Shown: positions 18,750-29,404, numbered from the stretch's first letter. The stretch is DNA of 60,387 nucleotides from Candidatus Moraniibacteriota bacterium (GCA_049290235.1 JBATNG010000004.1:1-60387), one strand, 5' to 3'. Translations and numbers: made by a program. The notes: generated by a model not told the origin, from the sequence alone.

Positions 18750-19797
18750 TAGCGGTCGAATACTGTACCGAGCGCCCCCGATCGATGGGCGGCAGCGACC
18801 GGCCGAGCTTGATGTTTACCCATGGATTACCGAATTCTACCGACTGGTTCAGACGCTTGGTGAGAAATGGCAAGAGGCCTTTCATATTGGAGCCACCGCC
18901 GCAGAGCACGATACTGTCGATCGTGGTCGAATAACCGAGGTTTGTGAGGTAGAAATTCGTTGATCGTTCGATCTCGATGGCGAGGTTCTCGAGAATCGGC
19001 TGAGCGGCTTTGAAGAGTGGGCTCTTCATCGCGAGTGATCCGAGGCCATACTTTAACTTCATCGCTTCTGCCTCCTCGAAGGGAATACGCATCTCCTTCG
19101 AAATCGCATCCGTGATCATCTGAGACGAGAGTGGGACACTCGACGTAAAGCACGGCGTGTGGCCGATCGCCACGAGGAAACTGGTCCGCCGATCGCCGAT
19201 ATCGACAATCAGACGGGTCTTGCTCTCATCTTTATCGAGGAGAAGACTCCGCGCCTGAGCGATAGATTCCGTTTCGAGCCCGATGACTTCGAGTCCGACT
19301 TTTTCCAGGAGACTATGGATTTGGTCCACCGTGGACCGTGCCACAGCGATGACGAGGACACTCATCTTGTTCTGTTCTTTGAACAGCTTCCGGTCGAGTA
19401 CCTGATAGTCGTAGTATACCTGGTCCAGTGTCAGCGGGATATTGGCTTCGATCTCCCACTTGATCGCCTCTTTCACCTCTTCTGGCGCCATCGTCGGCAG
19501 CGCGACGACCCGGAGGAACGCTTTCGTCTCAGGCAACGAGCAGATGACTTTCCTTGTCTTCACGGGTTTCGGCTCGGTCGTATCCAACAACTGCTGAATC
19601 GCTTGCGCGACGACGTCCTCCTTGACGATATCGCCATCGACGATACTCCCGAGCGCGATCGGCACCGAACCGAAGCTCGAGACCACGTCTTCATCCCCCT
19701 CGCGTTCCAGCCAGATGGCTTTGACAGAGAGATCAGACAGGTCCAGACCAAACGGCTGGGGAAAGAGATCAAATACCTTCTTCCGAAAAAAACTCAT
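18703..19797 (-). CDS. pilM: Type IV pilus assembly ATPase-like protein PilM
   Basis: 364-aa actin/FtsA-like fold (GLDLSDLSVKAI..., IVDIGDRRTSF, LCGGGSNMKGL). Confidence 0.85.
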   Translation of the reverse strand: MSFFRKKVFDLFPQPFGLDLSDLSVKAIWLEREGDEDVVSSFGSVPIALGSIVDGDIVKEDVVAQAIQQLLDTTEPKPVKTRKVICSLPETKAFLRVVALPTMAPEEVKEAIKWEIEANIPLTLDQVYYDYQVLDRKLFKEQNKMSVLVIAVARSTVDQIHSLLEKVGLEVIGLETESIAQARSLLLDKDESKTRLIVDIGDRRTSFLVAIGHTPCFTSSVPLSSQMITDAISKEMRIPFEEAEAMKLKYGLGSLAMKSPLFKAAQPILENLAIEIERSTNFYLTNLGYSTTIDSIVLCGGGSNMKGLLPFLTKRLNQSVEFGNPWVNIKLGRSLPPIDRGRSVQYSTAIGLALRGLDEYEDLT

Positions 19798-19861
19798 ACC
19801 AGAATGTTTGTTTACAACCGTGTTGGTGTTTCGTCCTCTTCAATCATACCATGCGTTCCCC

Positions 19862-21298
19862 CTACAATTCCTCCCAAAGATCGAGTTCGTATTGTGTCCC
19901 GGTTGGAAAATACGGCGGCGGATAGTACAACAGGTTGTTATCATAGTACAGGTTGCGCGTCGTGTAGCCAGTACCGTCCGTCCAGGCAAAACCGTAGCGG
20001 AGATTGGTCGCGATCGCACCGTACACAGTGATGACAGATTTCGAGTCGGGCGAGTAGCCCTTATCGACGTAGTGCTCACGACCGACTCGACCCTGTTGCG
20101 CCAGTAGTGCTGCGTCGATCCGCAAATCATTCTCGCTCGCCCATCCGATTTCGATATTGTTCTGACCAACGATGCCAATGATGTCGCGCCCATCAGTATT
20201 CGTATACCGGACATCGTTCAAGATGTAGACCGAAGGTGCGGGTCCGCCCAAGAGATCCGCCGCCGCGATCGTCACCTTCCGGTCATTGATCGTCCCCTCC
20301 ACCCAGACATTGTCCTCGACAAATATCACTCCATCATCGGGTATCGAATGATTGCTGAGACAGAGCCCGGAACATGAGCTACACGTACCACCCCCGCTGT
20401 TCCGGGTATACCTCGTTATCGAATAACTCGTGTTATACGTGTTCACTTTACACGTATCGTATGTCCCGTTGGATTTCAAAATGATCCGCGTCCCGAGATT
20501 ATTCGCGCCCGTACCATTGTAATACGACCCTGTTCCCTGAGCCGCTGTCTTCATCAGACTGAGGTCGCCCAAGACACCGTTGAAATCGATCGTGGCTACC
20601 GGGAACTGTCGGCCTGCCTCGAAGACATCCGTTCGAGCCGGGACAGCAGCCGGGGGCAAGGGATCCGTCGGTGAATCATGGGTATGCACCCCGAACTCAT
20701 TGCCGCCGGTATGGTCCGGGTCATTGTAATCGATAACTGCACTCGTGATGACATTGTGGGCAACACCATCAAAGCGGATTCCGACATTCGAGTGAATTTT
20801 CCCAAATACTTCGGTGCCTGCCCCAAAACGCATGAAGTCATTCGCCAAGACAGCACTCTCACTCCAAGACGGCCGCCTGAGCCGGACTTGGAGGACGCGG
20901 ACCAGATCCGGATACCGATAAGTCCAGGCGGTGGACTTCACAATCGCAATAGTCGATCCTGTGGTCGGCGGCGTCACTTCCAGACGATACCGTCCAACCA
21001 CTCCGCCCGATGGATCCGCGTAATCATGTTCGTACGGGGTCCCCACTCCATAGGCGGTTCCGCTCGTCCAGAACGCCTGGATCTGCGAGGCCGTCTTCCC
21101 TTCGACATTGTGCGCCAGATACCAACGATAGAAATCGATCCCTGCTTCGGCAATTTGGATCGACTGCTCACGCGAGCGGATCTGGAGCGAGTACTTAATG
21201 TTGGAGGTGACGAATTGGATGATGGACACGAGAATGATCTGCACCACGGCCATAATGATGAGACCGTAGACGAGCGCACTCCCGCGCTGGCTTCTCAT
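19862..21298 (-). CDS. PilX-like minor pilin / large pilus-associated protein
   Basis: MRSQRGSALVYGLIIMAVVQIILVSII resembles a PilX N-terminal helix. The remaining ~450 aa are of unknown fold. The start was chosen at 21298 to avoid overlap; the track ORF starts at 21355. Confidence 0.6.
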   Translation of the reverse strand: MRSQRGSALVYGLIIMAVVQIILVSIIQFVTSNIKYSLQIRSREQSIQIAEAGIDFYRWYLAHNVEGKTASQIQAFWTSGTAYGVGTPYEHDYADPSGGVVGRYRLEVTPPTTGSTIAIVKSTAWTYRYPDLVRVLQVRLRRPSWSESAVLANDFMRFGAGTEVFGKIHSNVGIRFDGVAHNVITSAVIDYNDPDHTGGNEFGVHTHDSPTDPLPPAAVPARTDVFEAGRQFPVATIDFNGVLGDLSLMKTAAQGTGSYYNGTGANNLGTRIILKSNGTYDTCKVNTYNTSYSITRYTRNSGGGTCSSCSGLCLSNHSIPDDGVIFVEDNVWVEGTINDRKVTIAAADLLGGPAPSVYILNDVRYTNTDGRDIIGIVGQNNIEIGWASENDLRIDAALLAQQGRVGREHYVDKGYSPDSKSVITVYGAIATNLRYGFAWTDGTGYTTRNLYYDNNLLYYPPPYFPTGTQYELDLWEEL

Positions 21299-21305
21299 CG
21301 GTCGG

Positions 21306-21959
21306 CTAGTTGTCATAGGATTCCAAGTTACGGAGGTCCACGAAGGATTCCACATTGATATTATTCGGCGCCTTGATCGGATCGATATTCATCCGGAGGA
21401 GCACCCGGACGAGCCGCACATCCTCGATGGCAATCGGTGTCGCGATCGGATTGTTCACGGTATCACCCGGATAGTTCTCATTATAGTAGTAGAACACGGG
21501 CTGAGCCGCTTCATTGACGATGTAGTTCGCGATAATGCTCGTCGTGCCGTCCCCTGACGCATACGTCGGTGGTGTCGCCGCCGATGGCTCGCGCACGCCA
21601 CGCATCAGCTGATCATTGGCTGTATCGAGCCAATAGTGCACCCGTTCCGTCACCCCATCATTATCGATGTCGAGATACACCTGGATATCGAAATCATCGC
21701 CTGACTCGATGGGATAATCGCCATTATCGGCCTGACGAACTTTGCGAAGGTTGTTGATGATGTCGCTCGAGGCCCGGTTCACCTGGACCGCCGTCACCCC
21801 GGTCTCAAGGATGAACTTATTCGTCTTCCAGCTGCTCGAAAAGAGGAGTGTAAAGCCAATAGTACCGATACCCATAATGAAAATCGCCACGAGCATCTCG
21901 ACTAAAGTCATCCCTTTGAGGTGTTTTTGAAACAGCGACATACGTTGTTCGGTCATCAA
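21306..21959 (-). CDS. Prepilin-type N-terminal cleavage/methylation domain protein (pseudopilin)
   Basis: Leader ...KHLKG / MTLVEMLVAIFIMGIG, consistent with a class III signal peptide. Confidence 0.8.
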   Translation of the reverse strand: MMTEQRMSLFQKHLKGMTLVEMLVAIFIMGIGTIGFTLLFSSSWKTNKFILETGVTAVQVNRASSDIINNLRKVRQADNGDYPIESGDDFDIQVYLDIDNDGVTERVHYWLDTANDQLMRGVREPSAATPPTYASGDGTTSIIANYIVNEAAQPVFYYYNENYPGDTVNNPIATPIAIEDVRLVRVLLRMNIDPIKAPNNINVESFVDLRNLESYDN

Positions 21960-23338
21960 GATGGAGTCAGATCGACGGTTATCGGTTCGAGTCCGGCAGT
22001 GACCGTGACCGTCCCCGTTTCAGTATCGTACCCCGCAGCCGTAATCTCATAATCATAGGTCGCCGCGACCATACCCGGCGTCGCCGTCTCGGGGAAATAG
22101 GCTTTTCCATATTGACTCGTGGTGACCGTCTCATCATACGTGAGCGTCGTGTTGGTGAGCTGGACCGACGCACCGCTAACCTCCGTCGCATCAGTGGCAT
22201 TTGTCACGGTGAAGAGGACTCCATTCACGGCTTCGTCGGCGAGAATCATCGCCACTCCTTGAGTCGTTCCCGGCGCCAACGGGATAAGGTTCGGGGCCGA
22301 GGTCGACTCAGGCTCGAGACGAATGAACGTGTACCCGGTCTCTCCAGGATCAAGCGTCCAGGTATAACTGCCGTAGCTACGATTGGCGTAGTCATGTTCG
22401 CCATCCGTATCGGTCGAATCATCCATCCCAAAGTCTGATACCGCCACGCCCGTCCCCGACTGCGTCCCGATCTGGCGACCGCCATCGATTCGATAATCGA
22501 TATCTGGGATATCCGCATCGAACGGATCCTTCGTCCGAAGCTCAAGCGTCGAGGACTGATCCATCACGAAGGAAGCTTGATTCACGACTGCGTTCACGAC
22601 CGAAGCATGGACATCCACCGGGATAAAAGCCGTCGTCGGATACGGCGCATACGTGGCGCTCCCGAAATGACCCCCCTTCGAAAAGGTCACGTGGTACCCC
22701 TGAGAACTCGCCGGGGCGCCAATGAGGAAGAGATTGCCCGTCGCATCCGTCGTCGTCGTCACGTCTACCGATGGGCTGACCGAACTATTGCTGATATGCA
22801 CCGTCGCGCCCGACAGACCGTTGCCCTCTGAGTCGAGGATATTGATCGACAAGATGCCGCCACCCACGGACTGCTCGATGCCCGGCGGAGCAAAGGTCGA
22901 AAAGAGCGCCACCTTTTCCGCTTCGCTTTCGTCTCCCCAAGCGACTTCGATGCGCACCCGTTTGGAATCATTGGGAACGAGATCATTCGGGCTGCCACCC
23001 AGCGTGCCGTCATAGGCATCATCGACATATTGGATGAACGTATGCACCTCATAGTGCATATTGTTCACCTGAACTGTTTCGTCCTGTGCAATATCGCCAG
23101 CGGGGATGCCTGAGATTGTCCCGATATTGTCATAGTCCAGACTCCGGACGATCTCCATTTTCTGATTGGCGAGCGCGATGGCTCCCAGCCGGTTCTTCGA
23201 CTGCTGGATGAGCGCCGTGCCATAGGCGAAGGTCTGAAAGAACACGGTCGTGATCAATGCAAAAAGGAAAAGAAACACCAGCGCCTCAATGAGGGTGAAC
23301 CCCCTTCGGTGCCATCTCCGCTGACTCAGGTATTGCAT
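21956..23338 (-). CDS. Large pseudopilin with repeated Ig/carboxypeptidase-regulatory-like domains
   Basis: Leader MQYLSQRRWHRRG / FTLIEALVFLFLF, followed by ~430 aa rich in T/S/G beta-type repeats. Confidence 0.75.
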   Translation of the reverse strand: MQYLSQRRWHRRGFTLIEALVFLFLFALITTVFFQTFAYGTALIQQSKNRLGAIALANQKMEIVRSLDYDNIGTISGIPAGDIAQDETVQVNNMHYEVHTFIQYVDDAYDGTLGGSPNDLVPNDSKRVRIEVAWGDESEAEKVALFSTFAPPGIEQSVGGGILSINILDSEGNGLSGATVHISNSSVSPSVDVTTTTDATGNLFLIGAPASSQGYHVTFSKGGHFGSATYAPYPTTAFIPVDVHASVVNAVVNQASFVMDQSSTLELRTKDPFDADIPDIDYRIDGGRQIGTQSGTGVAVSDFGMDDSTDTDGEHDYANRSYGSYTWTLDPGETGYTFIRLEPESTSAPNLIPLAPGTTQGVAMILADEAVNGVLFTVTNATDATEVSGASVQLTNTTLTYDETVTTSQYGKAYFPETATPGMVAATYDYEITAAGYDTETGTVTVTAGLEPITVDLTPS

Positions 23339-23344
23339 AGGGTA

Positions 23345-24568
23345 CTACTGGATGTTTTCGAGGACGCTGTACATCGGCTGGAGCATCGCCACCGCCATGA
23401 AACCAACCATTCCACCGATGAGAAGCATCAGAATCGGTTCTATGATCGATGACATGTTCTTGGTGATCTGCGAGACCTCTTCCTCATAGAACTCTGCCAA
23501 CCGCTGCAGGACATTTTCCGTCTTACCGGTTTCTTCCCCGACTTGGATGATCTGCGGCACGAGAATCGGAAAGAGGGCCGGGTACCGTTCGATGATTTTG
23601 GAAAGCTCGGTTCCCTTCTGGACTTCCTCGATCGCCAGCACGAGCGCCTCCTTGTAGTGGACATTGCCCAACGTCCGCGACACGATAGTCAGCGCGCTGA
23701 TAACCGAGACACCGCTCTTCAGAAGCGAGCTGTAGATGCGGGCGAAACGAGCGCAGTTCACCTTGATGATGATATTGCCCACGATCGGCAACCGGATGAC
23801 GAGCCAATCGATGGCGTACCCGCCGGCGGCGGTCCGGGCGGCGGTCCGGAAACCGATGATCGAACCGACTACGATGAGGATGGCGATCAGCCAATGGGCA
23901 CGGAGCAGATCCGAGAGATGGATGATGAAGAGTGTCGTCACCGGCAGTTTCACATCCATATCGATGAACACCCCGGTAATCTTGGGCAAGATATAGGTTA
24001 GCATCAGAGTCGCGATGCCGATCATCGCGACGACGATGACCGCCGGATAAATCATCGCACCTCGGACCTTGGAGATGAGATCATTCTCCTTTTCGAGCTG
24101 CAGCGCGAGGATTTCGAGCACTTCTTCGAGGTTGCCCGAAACCTCTCCGACCGAGATCATGTTGACGAACAGTTCATTGAACACCGCCGGATACTTGGCC
24201 AGACCCTCGGAGAGCTGTTTCCCGGCCTGGACATCATCGTACACGCTGAGCAGGATTCCCTGAAAGCGTTTATTCCGCGTCTGGACCGAAAGGTTGTGAA
24301 TCGCCCGTGATACCGTCAGGCCCGACGAGACCATGACCGCGAGGTTGCGCGTGAAAACCATCTTCTCCTTGAGCGGCACCGTCCGAAATCGGTCGAAAAA
24401 TTTCACCTGCGGCCCCTCAGACGAGGCTTCGATGCATTTCATGGACGTGACGAGAAAGCCTTGCGTCCGAAGTTCCTGAGCCACTTGCTTCTCATCCTTC
24501 CCGGTGACCTCGCCACCCTTGGTCTCCCCAGAAGAGATGTTCTTGGCAGTATATAAATATTTCGGCAT
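23345..24568 (-). CDS. pilC: Type II secretion system F-family platform protein (PilC)
   Basis: 407 aa with two GspF repeats (..RNLAVMVSSGLTV.., ..ARIYSSLLKSGVSV..). Confidence 0.9.
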   Translation of the reverse strand: MPKYLYTAKNISSGETKGGEVTGKDEKQVAQELRTQGFLVTSMKCIEASSEGPQVKFFDRFRTVPLKEKMVFTRNLAVMVSSGLTVSRAIHNLSVQTRNKRFQGILLSVYDDVQAGKQLSEGLAKYPAVFNELFVNMISVGEVSGNLEEVLEILALQLEKENDLISKVRGAMIYPAVIVVAMIGIATLMLTYILPKITGVFIDMDVKLPVTTLFIIHLSDLLRAHWLIAILIVVGSIIGFRTAARTAAGGYAIDWLVIRLPIVGNIIIKVNCARFARIYSSLLKSGVSVISALTIVSRTLGNVHYKEALVLAIEEVQKGTELSKIIERYPALFPILVPQIIQVGEETGKTENVLQRLAEFYEEEVSQITKNMSSIIEPILMLLIGGMVGFMAVAMLQPMYSVLENIQ

Positions 24569-24684
24569 GGCCGTTTTCTTGTGTGTGTTTCTTTTCCTCT
24601 AGTATACCATCACGCCCGGGCATCAGCCACGATTCTTCGAAGGGTCAACCAAAGGGGTACACCAGAGAAACCGCGACAGGTACG

Positions 24685-25608
24685 TCAAACTGAAAGCCCG
24701 TGGATAGCGAGCCGTTCTTTGAAACGATCGAAGACCACTGGACCCTTCGGATGTGGGAGAAAGATAAGTGCCTCGTCCGTCGCGAGGATGAATGCTCCCG
24801 GGGTTTGAGATTTCGGATTGCGCGCGATTTTCCCTTTCTGCCAGCGTGATAACCGATCCTCCCAGCCCGTCCACACCAGAGCCGATTCCAGCCACTTTTG
24901 CATCCGGCTCGTGAACGGTGTCGGTTGGCACAGCCAGTGATTCGGGATGACCGTTGGCTGATAGGTCGGCTTCATCCGAACCATCCAACGATTCGCCAGC
25001 TCGAAGCGCCGCTCCGTCTCACGCCCCGAAAGCGTGTACATGAACCGGTACTCGCTCGCCGAAAAATAGTCCTGCATGGCAATCTCCAGACTACTGTCGG
25101 TCACGAAATGATTCAGACAAGCGCGGTTCTCGATATGCCGGCCATGGCGACGCTTCCCCATGAGTTGGAGAATGAGCGAGAGCGCCGTGCGACCACGCCA
25201 GATCGCCCCCTGTCGGAGCACGACGAACAGGTCCCAGTCACTCTCTCGATCGCCGTGCTTCATCGAGAGGCTGCCCGTCAAGGCGATGAGTCGGACGAAG
25301 GGCACCCAAGCGAGCGACCGGACCAGCCGAGCGGCCCGTTTGATCTTGGCTACCGAGTATTTTTCCCGTCGAATCCGTTCTCGCACCAAGACTTCTCGCC
25401 CAGGCAGCGTCACGAAGCCTTGGGATTGAGTGATCACCTGATCTTGGATGAGTCCGTCGAGCGCCACCGCCACCTGCCCCAACATCGGCACCTCCGCCAT
25501 CGGAACGTCCCGCGTCGTGATGAGATGCTTCCACACTTCGAACTCCGTCATCGGGTACTCCAATGCGTCATAGTAGACGATAGTCGCCAAAACCGCTTTC
25601 CGCAGCAT
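24685..25608 (-). CDS. Hypothetical protein with a Pol-beta-type nucleotidyltransferase-like motif
   Basis: 307 aa. GSLSM...SDWDLFVV resembles the GS...DxD nucleotidyltransferase signature. Confidence 0.45.
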   Translation of the reverse strand: MLRKAVLATIVYYDALEYPMTEFEVWKHLITTRDVPMAEVPMLGQVAVALDGLIQDQVITQSQGFVTLPGREVLVRERIRREKYSVAKIKRAARLVRSLAWVPFVRLIALTGSLSMKHGDRESDWDLFVVLRQGAIWRGRTALSLILQLMGKRRHGRHIENRACLNHFVTDSSLEIAMQDYFSASEYRFMYTLSGRETERRFELANRWMVRMKPTYQPTVIPNHWLCQPTPFTSRMQKWLESALVWTGWEDRLSRWQKGKIARNPKSQTPGAFILATDEALIFLPHPKGPVVFDRFKERLAIHGLSV

Positions 25609-25619
25609 AGTGGAACCGA

Positions 25620-28427
25620 TTACAAGTACTTGCCGGTGAAGCCTGCTTTGATTTTTTTCAGTTTTTCCGGGACGCCACAGAAAACCAGCGTGCCACCTCG
25701 GTCGCCGCCGTCTGGCCCCATATCGATGACCCAGTCCGAAGCACGGATGACATCGATATTGTGTTCGACGACCAGGACGGTATTCCCCTTGTCGACGAGC
25801 GCATTCAAAACCTCGAGCAACCTCCGAACGTCTTCAAAGTGGAGACCAATCGTCGGTTCGTCGAGGATATAGAGTGTCTTGCCGGTCGATTTCCGAGCCA
25901 ATTCCGTGGCGAGCTTGATCCGCTGGGCCTCACCGCCCGAGAGATTGGGCGCACTCTGACCCAGGACGAGGTAGCCGAGACCGACTTCTTCGAGCACGCG
26001 CAGCTTCTCTTCGATCATCGGCTGGTCGAGGAAGAAATGCCGCGCTTCGGTCACCGTCATTCGGAGCACATCCGAGATATTCAAGCCCCGGTATTGGATC
26101 GCGAGCGTTTTCGCATTGTACCGAGTGCCGCCGCAGACCTCGCAAGGGATGTAGACATCCGGCAACAGATACATCTCGATCTTCTTCAGTCCCCCGCCCT
26201 GGCAAACCTCGCACCGTCCGCCGCGCATATTGAAACTGAAATACGAAGCCGAGTAGCGTTCCTTTTCCGCCTCGCTCGTCGCCGCGAACACATCCCGGAT
26301 GAGACTGAAGATGCCTGTGTAGGTCGCTGCGTTCGAGCGCGGTGTCCGGCCGATAGGATCTTGGGTCACCGTGATGACCTTGTCGATATGTTCGATCCCC
26401 TTGAGCGCCTGGTGTGCACCCGGATCCGTCCGCGCCTGATAGAAGTGCCGAGACAATGCCCGCGAGAGGATATCGTGGACCAGAGTCGACTTCCCCGAAC
26501 CCGACACTCCCGACACGGTGATGAATTTCCCGAGCGGGATCTCGACTGTCACATCCTTCAGGTTGTGTTCGGTCGCGCCGACGATAATGATCGCCTTGCC
26601 CGAGCCATGGCGCGGGGCATCGCGTTGCATCACAGAGCGCTTGCCGGAGAGATACTGGCCCGTCAGCAGTTTCGACTTCATGAGTTTGTCGGGCGTCCCA
26701 GAAAAGATAATCTCACCACCCTCTTTGCCCGCGCCAGGACCGAGATCAATGATCCAGTCGGCTTTGCGCATGATCGAGACATCATGTTCGACGACAACCA
26801 GCGAATTGTTCGCACCTCGCAATTCTTCGAGCGCCCGGATGAGCCGATCGGTGTCGCGACTGTGGAGTCCGACGGACGGCTCATCCAGGACATAGATGAT
26901 ACCCGACAGACCGGACCGGATCTGAACAGAGAGACGGATCCGCTGTGCCTCGCCGCCCGAGAGCGTATCGGCGCTCCGCGACAACGACAGATAGCCGAGA
27001 CCGACCTTGTCGACAGCCGCGAGCCGCATCTCCATCTCATTGAACAACGGATCGATGAGCGATTTCACCTCGCCTGCTTTCAAGAGTTGTGAGCGGAGAT
27101 CGCGGAAGAACAACCGAAGGTCCTCGATCGACTGGCTGACGAAATCATTGATATTCTTTTCGGCGATGAAGACTGCGAGTGATTCGGTCCGCAGCCGCTT
27201 CCCGCCACAATCCGGACAGCGCCGCATGAACATGAAGGTCTCGATCTCGGCGCGGAGATGATCGGATTTCGTCTCACGGTATTTGCGCTCGAGCAATCCC
27301 AGCACGCCCGGGAAACCGAATTCGTCGGCGAGGTCGCGCGACACATCGCCACGGAGGATATAGGTCCGTTGTTTCGCCGTCAGTTTCTTCACTGGCACAT
27401 CGAGCGGAATCCTCTCGCGCTTCGCCATCTCGCGCAGGAGCGCCATCGGGCCATTGCCGTTACCGCGGTCGCTATTCATCTTGCTCCACGGACGGATCGC
27501 GCCTTCGGAGATAGACAGCGTGTCATTGGGGATGACGAGCGCGGGGTCGAATTCGAGCGTCACACCGAGGCCAGCGCAGGTCGGACAGGCGCCTTCGGGA
27601 CTATTGAATGAAAAATGGGCCGGTGAAAACTCTGGCAACTCGATCTGGCAGGATTCACAGCGGTAGCGTTCATGATAGGTGTGCCGATGTTTGCCATCGA
27701 CGAGGAGACGCATCACCCCATGGCCGGTCTGAAATGCTGTGTGGATCGAGTCGAGCATGCGCTCCTTGTCCGGCCGCACAGTATCAAGTGCCAGACGATC
27801 GATGACGACGAGGCACTCTGCCGGCGCCGTCAGATCGACCGTCTGGCGAAGCTCGGGTAGAGCAATCGCCGTGTCGTGGTGCCAGACCCGGACAAACCCC
27901 CAGTCATCGATGAGATCGAGTGCCTCCGCCCAGTTTTTCCCCGCCAGGAGCGGACTGTCCGCGGCGAAAACCAAGGGAGAACCGTTGGGCAAAGAGAGAA
28001 TTTCTTCGAGGATAGCGACGGCCGTCTTACGAGACAGCGTCTGATGGCATTTCGGGCAATGCGGCTGGCCGACCTTGGCAAACAAGAGGCGCAGATAGTC
28101 GTATACCTCCGTCATCGTGCCCACCGTCGAACGTGGACTGCGCGAGACGCTCTTCTGGTCGATCGAGATCGCAGGCGACAGATTGCGGATCGTGTCCACA
28201 TCCGGTTTGTCATAGCCCTCCATGAAGTTCCGCGCATACGCCGAGAGGCTCTCGACATAGCGCCGGTTCGCCTCGGCATAGAGCGTATCAAACGCGAGCG
28301 ATGACTTCCCCGACCCCGACAGCCCAGTCACGACGACCAGGGCATCTCGTGGGATATCGATGTCGATGTTCTTCAGATTGTTCACGCGAGCTCCACGAAT
28401 TTCAATGACACTCTTTTTTCCAGGCAT
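25620..28427 (-). CDS. uvrA: Excinuclease ABC subunit A
   Basis: Two ABC modules (GLSGSGKSS, GVSGSGKST, LSGGEAQR x2) and zinc fingers. The start is placed at MPGKKSVIEIRGAR (28427) because a TTTACC-N17-TATACT promoter lies inside the longer track ORF. Confidence 0.95.
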   Translation of the reverse strand: MPGKKSVIEIRGARVNNLKNIDIDIPRDALVVVTGLSGSGKSSLAFDTLYAEANRRYVESLSAYARNFMEGYDKPDVDTIRNLSPAISIDQKSVSRSPRSTVGTMTEVYDYLRLLFAKVGQPHCPKCHQTLSRKTAVAILEEILSLPNGSPLVFAADSPLLAGKNWAEALDLIDDWGFVRVWHHDTAIALPELRQTVDLTAPAECLVVIDRLALDTVRPDKERMLDSIHTAFQTGHGVMRLLVDGKHRHTYHERYRCESCQIELPEFSPAHFSFNSPEGACPTCAGLGVTLEFDPALVIPNDTLSISEGAIRPWSKMNSDRGNGNGPMALLREMAKRERIPLDVPVKKLTAKQRTYILRGDVSRDLADEFGFPGVLGLLERKYRETKSDHLRAEIETFMFMRRCPDCGGKRLRTESLAVFIAEKNINDFVSQSIEDLRLFFRDLRSQLLKAGEVKSLIDPLFNEMEMRLAAVDKVGLGYLSLSRSADTLSGGEAQRIRLSVQIRSGLSGIIYVLDEPSVGLHSRDTDRLIRALEELRGANNSLVVVEHDVSIMRKADWIIDLGPGAGKEGGEIIFSGTPDKLMKSKLLTGQYLSGKRSVMQRDAPRHGSGKAIIIVGATEHNLKDVTVEIPLGKFITVSGVSGSGKSTLVHDILSRALSRHFYQARTDPGAHQALKGIEHIDKVITVTQDPIGRTPRSNAATYTGIFSLIRDVFAATSEAEKERYSASYFSFNMRGGRCEVCQGGGLKKIEMYLLPDVYIPCEVCGGTRYNAKTLAIQYRGLNISDVLRMTVTEARHFFLDQPMIEEKLRVLEEVGLGYLVLGQSAPNLSGGEAQRIKLATELARKSTGKTLYILDEPTIGLHFEDVRRLLEVLNALVDKGNTVLVVEHNIDVIRASDWVIDMGPDGGDRGGTLVFCGVPEKLKKIKAGFTGKYL

Positions 28428-28458
28428 AGGTTGCGGTCCAGAAGACGAATTGTTTCCG

Positions 28459-28487
28459 AGTATAGCAGATTTTCGCGCGTGGGTAAA
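28459..28487 (-). promoter_or_regulatory. Candidate sigma70-type promoter of uvrA
   Basis: Minus strand: TTTACC (28487-28482), 17 nt, TATACT (28464-28459). Confidence 0.5.
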
Positions 28488-28593
28488 CCGCCGCACCTGC
28501 TAGAGTGAAAAGTATGGAATTGAGAGAGCGAGCCCGACCATCCAACGGCCAAGGTCGCCGATATTTCATGTATCCGCTCCCCATTGTCGGATT

Positions 28594-28637
28594 GAGAAAA
28601 AGAAAACCCCGCCGCTACCGTTCGGTAAAATGCGGGG
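28594..28637 (-). terminator. Intrinsic terminator of the 247-aa gene
   Basis: Minus strand: CCCCGC..UACCG-aa-CGGUA..GCGGGG compound hairpin followed by UUUUCUUUUU. Confidence 0.8.
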
Positions 28638-28660
28638 TCAAAGGACCAAGTATCAAGGGT

Positions 28661-29404
28661 CTAAGAGACCAAAGGTACAGAGTCCGAAGTGCTAACTTGC
28701 GAGACGGGGAACGCGAAGGCTCCATCATCGTGCCAGTAGTTGCCCGGGCGACCGAAGTAGGCATTCACCTGCTGCCCAACGTCGTCACGGCTCGATCCGA
28801 GGATGCTCGGGCGACCGTCGGAATCGATGATGGGTTCGTGGGGCACGGCGACGTAGTAGATGCCCCAGCGCTCCAGTTGCTCATCCGAAATCGCTTCCCG
28901 GATGAGGAGTGCCAGTTCACCGCGGAGGTCATTGGACTTCCCGTAATCACGCTCGCCTCGGGCCCGCAGGTTGGCCGTGGTACGCTCGACATCAGTGTCG
29001 AACTCCTTCTTGCCGAACAAAAGCGCCACCGTGTATTGCTTGCCGGGTTCCAGACGATGCTTCGCGTCGTAGTCCGGGCGAGTGAGCACATCGCGGGCCC
29101 ATTTGGTGGGCATGGAACCAGCGGCGTTGAGACGCACCAGCCACTCTTCTCCCGTCAGACCGAGACCGGTGACGGTGATGAGAAAGCGGCCGTGCTTGTC
29201 GGTCTTGTAAAGCGGGTCGAGGCCGAGGAGCTTGCGGAACTCTTCGCGAGACGGAATGGTCCCGACCACACAAGCTTCGGCGACATCCGCGATACGGCCT
29301 TCACCTAACAATCTTTCTTGAAACACTTCCGGTGTGACACCCTTTTGAACGAGGGTGTCGTAGAGCTTCGTGACTTGAGGGAATGAAATAGTAGAGGTGC
29401 ACAT
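28661..29404 (-). CDS. Hypothetical protein (247 aa), monocistronic, between uvrC and uvrA
   Basis: AGGAG lies 9 nt upstream of the ATG. The gene has its own promoter and terminator. No family was recognised in the translation. Confidence 0.7.
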   Translation of the reverse strand: MCTSTISFPQVTKLYDTLVQKGVTPEVFQERLLGEGRIADVAEACVVGTIPSREEFRKLLGLDPLYKTDKHGRFLITVTGLGLTGEEWLVRLNAAGSMPTKWARDVLTRPDYDAKHRLEPGKQYTVALLFGKKEFDTDVERTTANLRARGERDYGKSNDLRGELALLIREAISDEQLERWGIYYVAVPHEPIIDSDGRPSILGSSRDDVGQQVNAYFGRPGNYWHDDGAFAFPVSQVSTSDSVPLVS

